Part shown: piece after piece, positions 11,705 through 22,422 of the stretch
Layout of the letters: every line of letters starts with the position of its first letter
Position numbering within the stretch: position 1 is the stretch's first letter
Source of the DNA: Schizosaccharomyces osmophilus
Lineage: Eukaryota
Direction: 5' to 3'
DNA: 64,000 nucleotides
Assembly: GCF_027921745.1 (NCBI RefSeq)
Contig: NC_079239.1
Coordinates: forward strand, 2,976,001 to 3,040,000
The notes under the pieces: model-generated
The model's database searches: none
The model's input: only the letters and a program-made list of their open reading frames with translations
Told to the model about the DNA's origin: nothing
Position numbers and translations under genes: made by a program

Positions 11705-12379
11705 ATGTCTGACGGATTTGATCCATATGCGCAAAACGGTGGTACAACCATTGCTATTGCTGGTGAAGGATTTTCTTTGCTAGCAGGTGATACTAGAAAT
11801 GTGAATGGTTACAACATCAATACCCGTTTCATGCCTCGTGTTCACGAAGTCGGAGATGATTTAGTAGTTGGTGCATCTGGATTTGAGGCAGATGCTTTAG
11901 CGCTTGTCAAACGCATTCAGCAGCGAATTGAGCTCTATCATGACAATCACGACAGAAAGATGAACGCTCAATCATGCGCACGAATGGTGCGTACTTTATT
12001 ATATGGCAAACGCTTTTTTCCTTACTACGTTTACACCCTTGTAGCCGGAATGGATAAAGAAAATCTCGGAGAAATCTATTCCTTTGATCCTGTTGGGTCA
12101 TACGAACGAGAATGGTGTCGTGCAGGAGGTTCTGCGGCGAATTTCATCACGCCGTTTTTGGACAACCAAGTAAATTTACATAATCAATATATCCCAGGCA
12201 CGAATGGCGCTGAAGCTAAACCTCACAGACTTTTAACCCTAGAAGAAGCTATGAAGCTAGTCCATGATGCCTTTACTAGTGCTGGTGAGCGACATATTGA
12301 GGTCGGTGACTCTGTATTAGTTAAGATTATTACAAAAGATGGTGTGGAAACTAGAATACTTCCTCTTAAAAGAGATTAA
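11705..12379 (+). CDS. pam1: 20S proteasome subunit beta 6
   Basis: FDPYAQNGGT, LYGKRFFPYYVY, SFDPVGSYERE, ERHIEVGD. Confidence 0.95.
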   Translation: MSDGFDPYAQNGGTTIAIAGEGFSLLAGDTRNVNGYNINTRFMPRVHEVGDDLVVGASGFEADALALVKRIQQRIELYHDNHDRKMNAQSCARMVRTLLYGKRFFPYYVYTLVAGMDKENLGEIYSFDPVGSYEREWCRAGGSAANFITPFLDNQVNLHNQYIPGTNGAEAKPHRLLTLEEAMKLVHDAFTSAGERHIEVGDSVLVKIITKDGVETRILPLKRD

Positions 12380-12973
12380 AACAGTTTTTTTATCGTTTAG
12401 CCTTCACTTTTTCTTGAGTGAGGATTATGAAGCCTGGTCATGTTTTCACTTTGGTTACTTACAATTACCTTTCATAGAGATTTCTCCCTTATGAGCAATT
12501 TTGCTACATGTCTTTGTATGAATTTATTCTATCATTTCTATTTCTTTGTCTATGTCTATGTCATGTAATATAGAGTATTCTGTTTGAATTGCCAGTTCTT
12601 AGCTCCACAATGGATGATGGTAAACTGGTGTCAAGGGCAGAATCTATAGAGAAGTGCTCTTCAATTCAGCGCAATCGACTTCATCAAAGGGGAAACCTTT
12701 GTTAGCATTGATAGAAACATTGCAATTCAATAATTGCAACAAAGAGAAACTCGTAGTCTTCTATCTGGCATCCTTATAATTTACTTACTATAATGTTTTT
12801 AACGCTTAATATGATACTACCAAATCGATATAATGAAACCTTGCTATGAAGCTCAATGTCAACTTGGTTAAAACGTCTTTTTCGTACTGTTCGATAAAAC
12901 TTGTCAAAGGTTTTCATTAAGACATTTATCTTTTTTCTTGTGATATTGAATTACCTCTACAGTTCCTTTGGAA

Positions 12974-13519
12974 ATGCTGTTTCGTTTTGGCACGGTTGCC
13001 CTATTCTACAGCTTTTTGCTGGCTTACTTGGGAGTTGCGATGATATGGAAACCAGAATTTGTGATTGAAAGTGGTCTTTCAGCATTAATTGGAGCTTCGA
13101 TGGATTTGGTATGCTAGCTGCTGTCTTAACTATTTTTTTCGTCCTTATTCTTCGACTGCTAACAAATACATTTGTAGAAGCCCTTAGTGAGCAGTGCAAA
13201 CAACCAACCGACTTTAGCCTTTACAGGAATTCTCTTTCTCGTGCTGTCATTGATGCACACTGTAGCTCACTTACAACATAATGTCTTGTACTTCAGTGCT
13301 ATTATACCTTTCCGTGCTATTTTCGACTTTATTTTCACAGGATACATTTACTTAAAAAAGGACCACATACTCAGTAATAATGTCACCTTTACCTTTGCTT
13401 TTTGCGATCTCATGTGGCAGTTTTGGCTCTATGCCTCATTGAATGAAGACAAGGCCAAATTTGCCAAGAAAATGCAAAAGGAAGCTGAAGCTGAGAAGAA
13501 CAAGGAATTGACTGAATAG
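12974..13519 (+). CDS. Small multi-TM conserved fungal protein, Ilm1-like (exons 12974-13108, 13178-13519)
   Basis: ATG 12974 MLFRFGTVALF; intron GTATGC..CTAAC..TAG joins in frame; FTFAFCDLMWQFW motif; adjacent to ecm29. Confidence 0.75.
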
Positions 13520-13785
13520 ATGTTTTACTGTTCGTCGTGTTCAAAACCCCTCCTATACTTCCGAAACTCTTGTCTTATAGACGCTCTATAAAAAATTACT
13601 ACGATTTTCAAAATCAGTATTGCACTCATTGAGAATAAATGCTTTTTTTAAAAGGACAGATTCTACGATTACATTATTGACATTTGAATTAACGATATGA
13701 GGTATTCATTAGAATACGGTGCTCTACAAAAAGTGAGTAGGCAAACAATTTAAATATTTAGGAACGGTAAAACCGATCTAAGGAA

Positions 13786-16700
13786 CTAAACTCTTAAAAG
13801 TTTCAGTTTATCAGCACCTAAAACGTTTTCAGCGTAATCTTTAGCTTTCGGTGATGGGTTCCCCTCACAGCAACGAGTCAACACGTATAGAAATTTGAGG
13901 TCCATAGGGTCCTCCAAAAGGCACTTCATTTTCTGTGCCTGCTTTATTATTTCTAACTTGACCTTCCAATGAAGATAATTCTGATCCAATGTTTTCACCA
14001 AGCTTTCGACAAGACGATTGTTATCACCTTTTCTACAGGAGCTAGCCATAACATACACGATATTCATTTGTAACAGAATTTTGTCATCTGTAGATAGCTC
14101 AGAGTCTTCTTCATGAAACCATGCTTCTTCAAGAAACGAGTCAAATTCATCCATACAAAAGTCATAAAATCGCATATTTTCATAAGAAGGATCACTTAAA
14201 AAGTCACCCAATATTCGTGTCGCCTGCAATTTATAGAATATATTTCTTCGTAGTACTTCTCGTTTCAGTATTTCCACAACTTCATCCAGCTTAGACGCCT
14301 TTATGTACCCTGGGCACTTTATAGCTAATTGGACAAAACTTTCAAGTAAATATTCTTTCCCGGGCCAGCTTCGCTCCTTCATTTTAGTTAGCAGGAGCGC
14401 GTAAATTTCTTCATAATTACTGAGACGACTAATTTGAACAAAACTTAACAAAGCTTCAGAAGATGGTCGTCTTATATCCCATTGAGTTGCTTCCAAATTT
14501 GCTTTAATGATTTTCAGAATCTCATCTTTGTAAAGATTAACGGAACTTCCACCTGACGATGTATCATTCCAAAGCTTCTCCAAAATTGATGATACCTGGC
14601 TAAACGACGAATGTTTACCAAAGAAAATAAAGGGGAAAAGAGTTGAACCAATATTTTGCAATAAATCTGGGGCAAATCTTGTTAGCGCTCGAACAAAGTT
14701 GGCACAAACTGTTTGAGTAAACTCGTCCCCTTCATAGAACTTGCTCAAGATATCTCGACATACTTCATCAGCAAGGTTTAAAGGAGTCACCCGTAAGACG
14801 TAGCCCAATGCTGAAGTGAATGAAGTATTGACAGCTCCATTTTTGCTAAATAAAGACGTTACTAAAGCTTGGTCGAATTTAGGAGCATAAGGGGCAATAA
14901 GATCTTGGCGTCTAATTACGAGCAACATGCAAATCTGTGCACTACCTATCTTGGTTGGGACACCGGTAGTACGGCTTATCATTCTATGCAATATGGGGAC
15001 TAAGTCTTTCATCGATTCTTCATTTAAAATAGAAAGACACTTCTCAATATTCGACATCATTGAAGAGCTTTGTACCGCTGACACTCGAGCAGAATCTAAC
15101 TCTTCAGCTTTCACCTTATAAGTAGAGGCATGAAACTCTAAAAAGGACGCTGCGTTCGACTCGTACTTGGTCAAGTACTCCAGCATTATCTCAATAATTG
15201 AAGGAACAAACGGACTTAAAGCCATATTTGTAAACTTCACCAACTCAGTTATGGTTGAGTATGAAAATGACTGAATCTCTTTTGCATCTTCGTGGCAACA
15301 TTTCAATAAGAAAGGGACAGCTATAGACATTATCGTACGACATCTATTGAATCCCGTATCGGTTGTATTTAGGGAAGTATTTTCAACTGTTTGGATGACG
15401 GCTCTTGCCAACAGTTTACACAATGGGAACGAAGCTGTTCTAACGCTTTCTTTGATATCATCCAAAGTCCTGTACGCCATTCTCCAAATTTCTTCAAGTT
15501 GATCAATGTATTCCAAAACAGGTACGTTACTCAACAGATCAACAAGTGAATTAACGCCAGACTCACGAACTCTCCAAGAATAATCACTCATACTCTCCAC
15601 AGAAGAAGAAACAAGATACTGACGTTGCGGTCTTAAGTCAAGATCAGAAGGTACTAAAGAGTTCCAAATTTCTGTCATTGTCTTAGCGACGGATACATTT
15701 GGATCATGTCGGTACAAATAGAGTTTTGTCAGCAAGTGAGATCCCGTGGGTGAATTAAATGCAAAGAGCTTCCGTTTTTCATCATTACTAATATTCATAT
15801 AGCCCAGTCCTGTTGCCAATCCCTTACGGCTCTGCCAAACAGAATTCGTATTTGCAATACTGAGAAAAGAGTAAACCAAATCTGGATTTCCACTTTCAGA
15901 GGCCAATGAACATATATCTTTGTAAGTGGTTACGGAGCCTTGATTCGTGGTGAATAAGGCAGTATCAGCATCCAGAGGGGCCTTGGTATTTGGATCTACT
16001 CTGTCAGCGGTAATGGTGCTGATGAGGTTAGTCGTAAATCCTTTCTTTTTCTCCTCATCCAGAAGATCATACACTGCTTTCAAGCCTTTTGAAGCTGTGT
16101 CTTGAATGAAGTCATCCAGGTCAACCAAAAAAGTTAAAAAAGTATGATATATGTCGTTGAAACGCTCGTGGGTATACTCCTGACATTTACAGAACTTTAC
16201 TATATAATATAACCACAGAGATGAGGCCTTGCGAAGTAGTGGTCTTGAAGATTTCGACCATTCACCAAGAATTTTTGAGAGAACCATTGCATATAACTGA
16301 GAGGAGGTATTTACAATTTCAGTATTTTGGAAAGGCAATTTTGTACTTGTAAATGTGCAGCACATACCACCTGCAAAATTAGCCATTGATTCTGCACTTG
16401 CGAACAGTATATCAGGTGAATCATCATGATAACTCAGATATATAGTACTAAGGATCGTTTCAATTAAATCAGGATCGAAAGGTTCATTCAGAGAAAGTGG
16501 AATGTGGGATAAAGTAATCATCGCCTGAATGCGCAAGCCTGCATCCTTTTCGGGTTTTGCGACAGCCACAATAGTCTCAATGACAGACTCTAAATGAACA
16601 TATTGTTTGGCTAAATCTTGAACGCTTATATTCAAAAATATAACTTGGTAAACAGATAATGCAGTTCTCTTTTCAACCGTTGCGTCAGATTGAAGGTACC

Positions 16701-18813
16701 TATAAAGGAAACTGAAGAATTCTCCCAGTATAGAAGCGTTCTCTGAGCTTAAAATTTCGCTGCCATTTCTAAACACCGAAAATGAAACGGTATAGCCGAT
16801 GATAAAAAGAGCTGTTATATTTTTTGAAAAGCTATCATTTCGAGTATTCGATATCTTTATCATGTGTAATAATGTTCCAAGGTGCTGGAAAACAACGTCG
16901 TAATCCTTCATACTTAAAAGCAGCCCTAAGCTTCGAGACATTGTATCTCTTAACTGGGCCGGAGCAACCAATGTTTGCTTCATAAGGTCTTCTTCCGAGA
17001 ACTCCACTACGATGTCAGGTGAAGTGAGAGATAAAAGTTGGTTAAATGTATAGGTAGCTTCCTGACAATGTAATAGCACGCCTTCAAAGAGAAACCGGAA
17101 AAAGGGTTGCAAGTATTTAACAGACGAAAGTAGCTGAGCAAACTCTCTTCTTAAATTAAGATCTGATTTTAGTAGAGAGTCAAATAAATCATTATCATCA
17201 CATATCTCAAGATCTTTGGTTATATGGTAAGCCATACACCTTTTGACGAAACCAAGCATTGATGAACAAACCTCAACGCTAAAACTTTTCCATAACGCTT
17301 CTGGATTGTATTCGGCAATAAGATGTAAAATAGCATCATCTGGATTAGGGTAGACAGCGGACGGTGTTGAAGAATCCCTTACTTTGGCAAAGTCAAAATA
17401 AACGTTATTATGTAGGAGCCACCTAGATAAGAAAAGGCCCTTTTTTGCTTCCTCGGATAGTAAAGAAGGAAAAACAGTAGGATCTTGAATTTTTAAACAT
17501 AAAAACCTCGAAGGAAGGAACTGAAATGGGAATGCAACTAAAAGATAGCGAAGAGAAGACGAGGCGGCAGGTGAGTTCGGTGTAGTAACCATATATTTTT
17601 CGATAATAGGCAACAGCTCGTAAGGAGAATGATAGTTCTTAAAAAATGGAAGAATTATTGATAATGACTCATCTATAGCTACACGTACATCCGGGGATTC
17701 GACTTGCAATGCAGACAGTAGAGTAGAGAGTAATGAAGTAGAAACTAATTCGGAATTCGACTTTGCTAACAATCCAATAGAAGTATACAAAAATCCTCGC
17801 AAAAGTTCATTACTAATTGTCGAATTTGAAAGAATTTTAAAGATATCTTCCAAAATACCAGCAGCTCTCGGTTTTAGAAAATTTGGATCTGCATTAGCTG
17901 ATATCCATCGTGTGAATTGAATTAATCTGGACTGCAAAGTAGGTGGTGCTTCAAGGATAAGTTTGATGCAATTCAATGAATTTGGATTTGTGCAGACCAT
18001 ATTGCTACGTAAGAGATACTGCAAGGCTTTATTCCTTAAGGAAACGGGAATAGAAAATCTTAAACGTAGGTCGTCAACGTAAAACTCATCTAACACAATG
18101 TCTAACAGTATTTTAACGTGATTTGTATTTTCAACGTCCGGGGCTCCATTTGTATTGCGTACCAAATCATCAGCTAGCTGAGCAACTTCTTTGTGTGAAT
18201 CGGAAGAAGCGAAGAAATAGGCAAGCCAATTCCATGTTTTTGGCCATTCGGATTTTTCGAACCAGCTCAAAACTCCTCTCCGGTACTCTACTGTTTTTTG
18301 GTTATGTTGTAACTCGGTAAAAACAGTCTGAGAAGATTGAATTAAAAAAAAGCAAGAAAGTATAAAGCAAACTTCTTTGGTACATGTAATTGATGGAATA
18401 GGATGTATCATTTCTAAAAGGCGAATCGTTAAGCTTAATAAAACAATCGGATGTTTATTCACATGACTTAAGCAAACTTGCAATAATTCAACATCAGGGG
18501 AAGAAGGTAGTCTGGTTTTTCCTATGGTGATAAAAGCCACCAGAAAACGTTTCCGTAGCGGTTGAGTTGCATCAATATACTGTTTGACAAGAGCAAGCAT
18601 AGGTAATTGTAAATTCGTTTCACTTGTAATTCGTGTCATAACATGATTCGCAATTGTTATAGTCTTATTTCTAACGGGTTCGCAAGGTGAATCGAGCTTC
18701 AAAAGGATGGGAGGCAAATACACAGAAATCAACGATTGGAAAGATTCTGAGCTTTTGGCTAGTGCGAGCTTGAATTCAGCTCCATTCAATAGTCTCAATT
18801 CTGCATCAGCCAT
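13786..18813 (-). CDS. ecm29: Proteasome-associated HEAT-repeat protein Ecm29
   Basis: About 1675 aa from ATG 18813 (MADAELRLL); YLPPILLKLDS, TYKDICSLASE, WRVRES, TLDDIKESVR motifs. Confidence 0.92.
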   Translation of the reverse strand: MADAELRLLNGAEFKLALAKSSESFQSLISVYLPPILLKLDSPCEPVRNKTITIANHVMTRITSETNLQLPMLALVKQYIDATQPLRKRFLVAFITIGKTRLPSSPDVELLQVCLSHVNKHPIVLLSLTIRLLEMIHPIPSITCTKEVCFILSCFFLIQSSQTVFTELQHNQKTVEYRRGVLSWFEKSEWPKTWNWLAYFFASSDSHKEVAQLADDLVRNTNGAPDVENTNHVKILLDIVLDEFYVDDLRLRFSIPVSLRNKALQYLLRSNMVCTNPNSLNCIKLILEAPPTLQSRLIQFTRWISANADPNFLKPRAAGILEDIFKILSNSTISNELLRGFLYTSIGLLAKSNSELVSTSLLSTLLSALQVESPDVRVAIDESLSIILPFFKNYHSPYELLPIIEKYMVTTPNSPAASSSLRYLLVAFPFQFLPSRFLCLKIQDPTVFPSLLSEEAKKGLFLSRWLLHNNVYFDFAKVRDSSTPSAVYPNPDDAILHLIAEYNPEALWKSFSVEVCSSMLGFVKRCMAYHITKDLEICDDNDLFDSLLKSDLNLRREFAQLLSSVKYLQPFFRFLFEGVLLHCQEATYTFNQLLSLTSPDIVVEFSEEDLMKQTLVAPAQLRDTMSRSLGLLLSMKDYDVVFQHLGTLLHMIKISNTRNDSFSKNITALFIIGYTVSFSVFRNGSEILSSENASILGEFFSFLYRYLQSDATVEKRTALSVYQVIFLNISVQDLAKQYVHLESVIETIVAVAKPEKDAGLRIQAMITLSHIPLSLNEPFDPDLIETILSTIYLSYHDDSPDILFASAESMANFAGGMCCTFTSTKLPFQNTEIVNTSSQLYAMVLSKILGEWSKSSRPLLRKASSLWLYYIVKFCKCQEYTHERFNDIYHTFLTFLVDLDDFIQDTASKGLKAVYDLLDEEKKKGFTTNLISTITADRVDPNTKAPLDADTALFTTNQGSVTTYKDICSLASESGNPDLVYSFLSIANTNSVWQSRKGLATGLGYMNISNDEKRKLFAFNSPTGSHLLTKLYLYRHDPNVSVAKTMTEIWNSLVPSDLDLRPQRQYLVSSSVESMSDYSWRVRESGVNSLVDLLSNVPVLEYIDQLEEIWRMAYRTLDDIKESVRTASFPLCKLLARAVIQTVENTSLNTTDTGFNRCRTIMSIAVPFLLKCCHEDAKEIQSFSYSTITELVKFTNMALSPFVPSIIEIMLEYLTKYESNAASFLEFHASTYKVKAEELDSARVSAVQSSSMMSNIEKCLSILNEESMKDLVPILHRMISRTTGVPTKIGSAQICMLLVIRRQDLIAPYAPKFDQALVTSLFSKNGAVNTSFTSALGYVLRVTPLNLADEVCRDILSKFYEGDEFTQTVCANFVRALTRFAPDLLQNIGSTLFPFIFFGKHSSFSQVSSILEKLWNDTSSGGSSVNLYKDEILKIIKANLEATQWDIRRPSSEALLSFVQISRLSNYEEIYALLLTKMKERSWPGKEYLLESFVQLAIKCPGYIKASKLDEVVEILKREVLRRNIFYKLQATRILGDFLSDPSYENMRFYDFCMDEFDSFLEEAWFHEEDSELSTDDKILLQMNIVYVMASSCRKGDNNRLVESLVKTLDQNYLHWKVKLEIIKQAQKMKCLLEDPMDLKFLYVLTRCCEGNPSPKAKDYAENVLGADKLKLLRV

Positions 18814-19014
18814 TGTTGTTTTATTAAGAGAAAGCAAGTTTGCGTTTTTGTAAGTTTCTAGCGGGTTTTGTGATGACTAAATCGAAAATTATCAAGGAAT
18901 GTTCGGAAAGATTAAAAAAGTAAACAAAAAATTAATTATTCAAAGATAGAATAATAATAGGGACGATAAAAACAAAGTTGCAATGGTATAAAAGCTTGGT
19001 CAAAACAGAAGTGG

Positions 19015-19635
19015 TTAATACCTCCGTGATTCTGTGACCAAGTTATCTGTATTCACAGTCGGAGGTGAAACAACAACTTTAGGAATTTTTGGAAATGAGA
19101 TTTGCTGTAGTTTGGCCGATGGAGGCACTAAAACCTCTTCGTCAGAATCTGTTGAGTTGGTTCTCTCTAAGCTGTTTTGAGTCGGAGCCTTGGAAAAATC
19201 TAATTGTAAAACCGCATTCGTGATTGAAGGAAAGGTGAGTCCAATTTTTGAAAGCCGATTCAAAAAGGCAGGAATAGTTGTATTTGTTAGAGCTTTTGCA
19301 ATGGCATCGGTGAAATGGTTGCAGTTTTGCGACAACAAAGAATAGGAGGTACCTGTGAATTCCTTGCTTAGACGCGTAATTATTTCGTCTATCTCAAATT
19401 TTGTAAGCTTACAAGGTGGTAAAGGAATAGAACAACGCCATCGACAGCCTTCCAAAGGAGGTTTGGGCACAGTTACAAAGACGCCAGTAGCATTCGGAAT
19501 AGCATGAGCACCATAAGCATACTCTTTTCCTTCTAAAACAAAACCCGTATGATAGATGCCAAGTCCCAATGTCCAAGCGACCCTACTTAGAGGAAAATTC
19601 TGCATTAAATCGTACACATTGATATAAGCTTCCAT
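19015..19635 (-). CDS. sdu1: PPPDE/DeSI family peptidase
   Basis: INVYDL, GIYHTG, EYAYG and catalytic NCNHF motif. Confidence 0.88.
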   Translation of the reverse strand: MEAYINVYDLMQNFPLSRVAWTLGLGIYHTGFVLEGKEYAYGAHAIPNATGVFVTVPKPPLEGCRWRCSIPLPPCKLTKFEIDEIITRLSKEFTGTSYSLLSQNCNHFTDAIAKALTNTTIPAFLNRLSKIGLTFPSITNAVLQLDFSKAPTQNSLERTNSTDSDEEVLVPPSAKLQQISFPKIPKVVVSPPTVNTDNLVTESRRY

Positions 19636-19994
19636 TGAGAACTACTTGGCGAAAGACAGGAAGAAGTAGAGTAAAGCCTGACCTTTTCTTTAAAAATAAT
19701 AGTAAAATAAAACTACAAATACCTGCTTGCAAAAAAAAAATAATAATATGTTTACCACCGGATGGAAGTTGTGAATACCAGCTATCGCTCCTTGGCGACG
19801 GTCTTTGTTTATATTTTTTGGGGATGAAACAACAAAAAATGCAATTCAACTACAACAAAGGAAAAAAGTGATATAGGTTCTATGCTTCATTTATACTATT
19901 AAAACTACTGTACATTAGTCTTAGCATATGAAATTAATAAGGCAAGGCGTAAAAAAAATGAATGATCAGGAAAGAACGTATTTTAGTCAAGATA

Positions 19995-20846
19995 TCAATT
20001 ATTTCCTAAACCAGAAGCAGTCTTGGTGGCCTGCTCTATACCACGAGCAATTGTACTACGGATTTTTCCATCTTCCAATGCCAACAATCCACTAATAGTG
20101 CAGCCAGCTGGAGTAGAAACATCGTTACGAATCTTTGCAGGATGTTGACCTTGTAAAACCATTTGTCCGGTACCAACCATGGTTTGAGCGGCAAGTTCCT
20201 GAGCTTGTGCAAAAGGAATTCCCATCATAACACCACCATCAGTCATGGCTTCAATCATAGTAGCAACGAAGGCAGGTCCACTACCACACATGGCGGTGGA
20301 AGCATCAATGAGTTTTTCAGGAAGCTTCATAGTACGTCCGATACCGTTGAATGCCCATTCAGCAAACTCCACATCCGCCTCCGTAGCATTAGGGGCAGGG
20401 CAAAGCACGCTCATACTTTCACGGATACGACTAGCGGTGTTGGGCATGATACGAATAATACGAGTGCTGTCATCCAACAAATTCTTTAGGGAATCTATTG
20501 TCTTGCCGGCCAAAATAGATAAGATCAGCTTTCCTTTTAGGGCTTCCTTCATGCCTGGAGCACCTAAAACATCTTCAGCACCTTGAGGCTTACAACTGAG
20601 CAACAAAACGTCGCTTGCTGCTGCTTTTTGTACATTTTCTTCATCTGTTACGGAGATTCCAACGTCTCCAGCAAACAGCTTCTCAATCTCTATGGCTTCT
20701 TGAACAAACTTCACACAAGCATAGAATTTGTCGGGAACCGATATGTTCTTAGAAGCTTGTTCATCTTGCTCTTTAATTGAGTCAAAGATACCGGTCAAGA
20801 GGGCCTTGCCCATAGTACCACATCCGAGCACACAAAATCCTGTCAT
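19995..20846 (-). CDS. pro3: Pyrroline-5-carboxylate reductase
   Basis: GCGTMG Rossmann motif, RIMPNT, GSGPAF, VSTPAGCTI. Confidence 0.96.
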   Translation of the reverse strand: MTGFCVLGCGTMGKALLTGIFDSIKEQDEQASKNISVPDKFYACVKFVQEAIEIEKLFAGDVGISVTDEENVQKAAASDVLLLSCKPQGAEDVLGAPGMKEALKGKLILSILAGKTIDSLKNLLDDSTRIIRIMPNTASRIRESMSVLCPAPNATEADVEFAEWAFNGIGRTMKLPEKLIDASTAMCGSGPAFVATMIEAMTDGGVMMGIPFAQAQELAAQTMVGTGQMVLQGQHPAKIRNDVSTPAGCTISGLLALEDGKIRSTIARGIEQATKTASGLGNN

Positions 20847-21337
20847 ATTACTATATCCTTCTGTTCCTTTGCCAGTAGTTGGCCCTCAATGAACTCAGGA
20901 ATGGTGAAAAGACTTCTGCATATAATCTTGATCTGTTTGGTATATCATGAATTAAGATGTCTCGTTGACCTTCCTTATGCGCTTTTTCGGATATCACTAT
21001 AACTCTGTTAAAATTGTCGACTTCCCTGTTGTAGACATACTATTATATAACAAATACTATTGTACTATACTATACAGGTTTTTGGTCTTTAGAAGTATGG
21101 ATTGTTTTTATACTGGTTAAAATTGGTTTTTTAAACTTTTAAAGAGCATTTTTTGAGTACAAATGCGAATTATTAAACCAGTATGGATGGAGAGGAAGTC
21201 ATCACGAAACGTTGGTTGTTGACGCGTAAATATTCGACACTCCTCTCTACGACACACAACGCCAGGTTTGTGAAAAAGCTTGAATTCTTGGGCTTTTTTC
21301 TTTTTTTTTCTTTCTTTTTTGTCTTTTGATTTTAAAA

Positions 21338-21979
21338 ATGTCAAATTTTCAATATTGTATTGAGTGTAACAACATGCTGTACGATTATTCTAAGTTGATG
21401 TTTGGAAACAGGGTCTGACCAAAAAATCTTGTTAGATATCCAAGAGAGGATAAAGTCACCAGAATTCTTCGATTAGCCTGCAGAAATTGTGACTATTCAG
21501 AGGTATGTTGTTGATTTCACTTGGTTCAATTCTATACAGATTCTTGAGATCTTCTTCGTTTGAGCACAAGACTCAATTTTCTATCTAGTTGAAGTTTTAT
21601 TGAAACATCTGTATTTGAAACTAACTTCTTCCAGGTTGCTGCCAGTAGCAAGGTCTATCGACATGAGTTGATGACATCGAATGTGTATGTGCATGCTCTT
21701 ACAGAAAACAAGCACAAAATTACTAACACTATAATGAAAGCGAAGGTCTTCATTTCTCTCAAGATGCTGCAACTGATTACACCCTTCCACGGACTGAAAA
21801 AGAATGTCCTCGTTGTCACCATCATGAAGCCGTTTTCTACCAGATGCATTCACGCCGCGGCGATTCAAGAATGGTATGTTTTTATTTTATTTTATTTTAT
21901 TTTCATTCAACGAATGCTAATATTATAGACGTTGGTATACGTGTGCGCAGGTTGCGGTTTTGCATACGAGGATCAATAA
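21338..21979 (+). CDS. rpb9: RNA polymerase II subunit Rpb9 (exons 21338-21378, 21436-21502, 21635-21684, 21741-21873, 21929-21979)
   Basis: Manual splicing gives [45 protein letters not shown], two zinc ribbons; absent from the ORF track. Confidence 0.93.
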
Positions 21980-22111
21980 CTCATGAAGTCACACAAAAAA
22001 AAGTAAGTTTCTTAGGAATTACGGATAGTTTACGAGCCGTTTGCGTTGGTATCATTGTCATCCTGACCTTTAAGTTTCTTTCATATTACGATACTGGTTT
22101 GACTGATAGGG

Positions 22112-22145
22112 CCAGCCACTCGAAGTGAATATCGATTCACCAGCC
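22112..22145 (+). promoter_or_regulatory. Two Ace2-type CCAGCC sites in the mid2 promoter
   Basis: CCAGCC at 22112-22117 and 22140-22145, about 300 bp upstream of the ATG; mid2 is a known Ace2 target in S. pombe. Confidence 0.65.
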
Positions 22146-22422
22146 ACCTGGTGACATACCTCTTCGTTGTTTATAATGGCCCTTCCCTCCTTACCTTACT
22201 ATATCCAAAGAGTATATTTTGTGCATTCATAAAAAATAGGGAGTGAAGGCCGTCGTTTTGTCCATCTTTTGTTACTATTTAGAACTATCGTCTTATTCAC
22301 TGATTGACGAACAGAAGAAAAAAAGAAAAAGATTTTTGATTGAAAAAATAATAATAATACTACTATAAAGTTTCCTATCCGGACGTGCCGAGACTGAACG
22401 CCTTTGACTCTTTTTATCAAAG

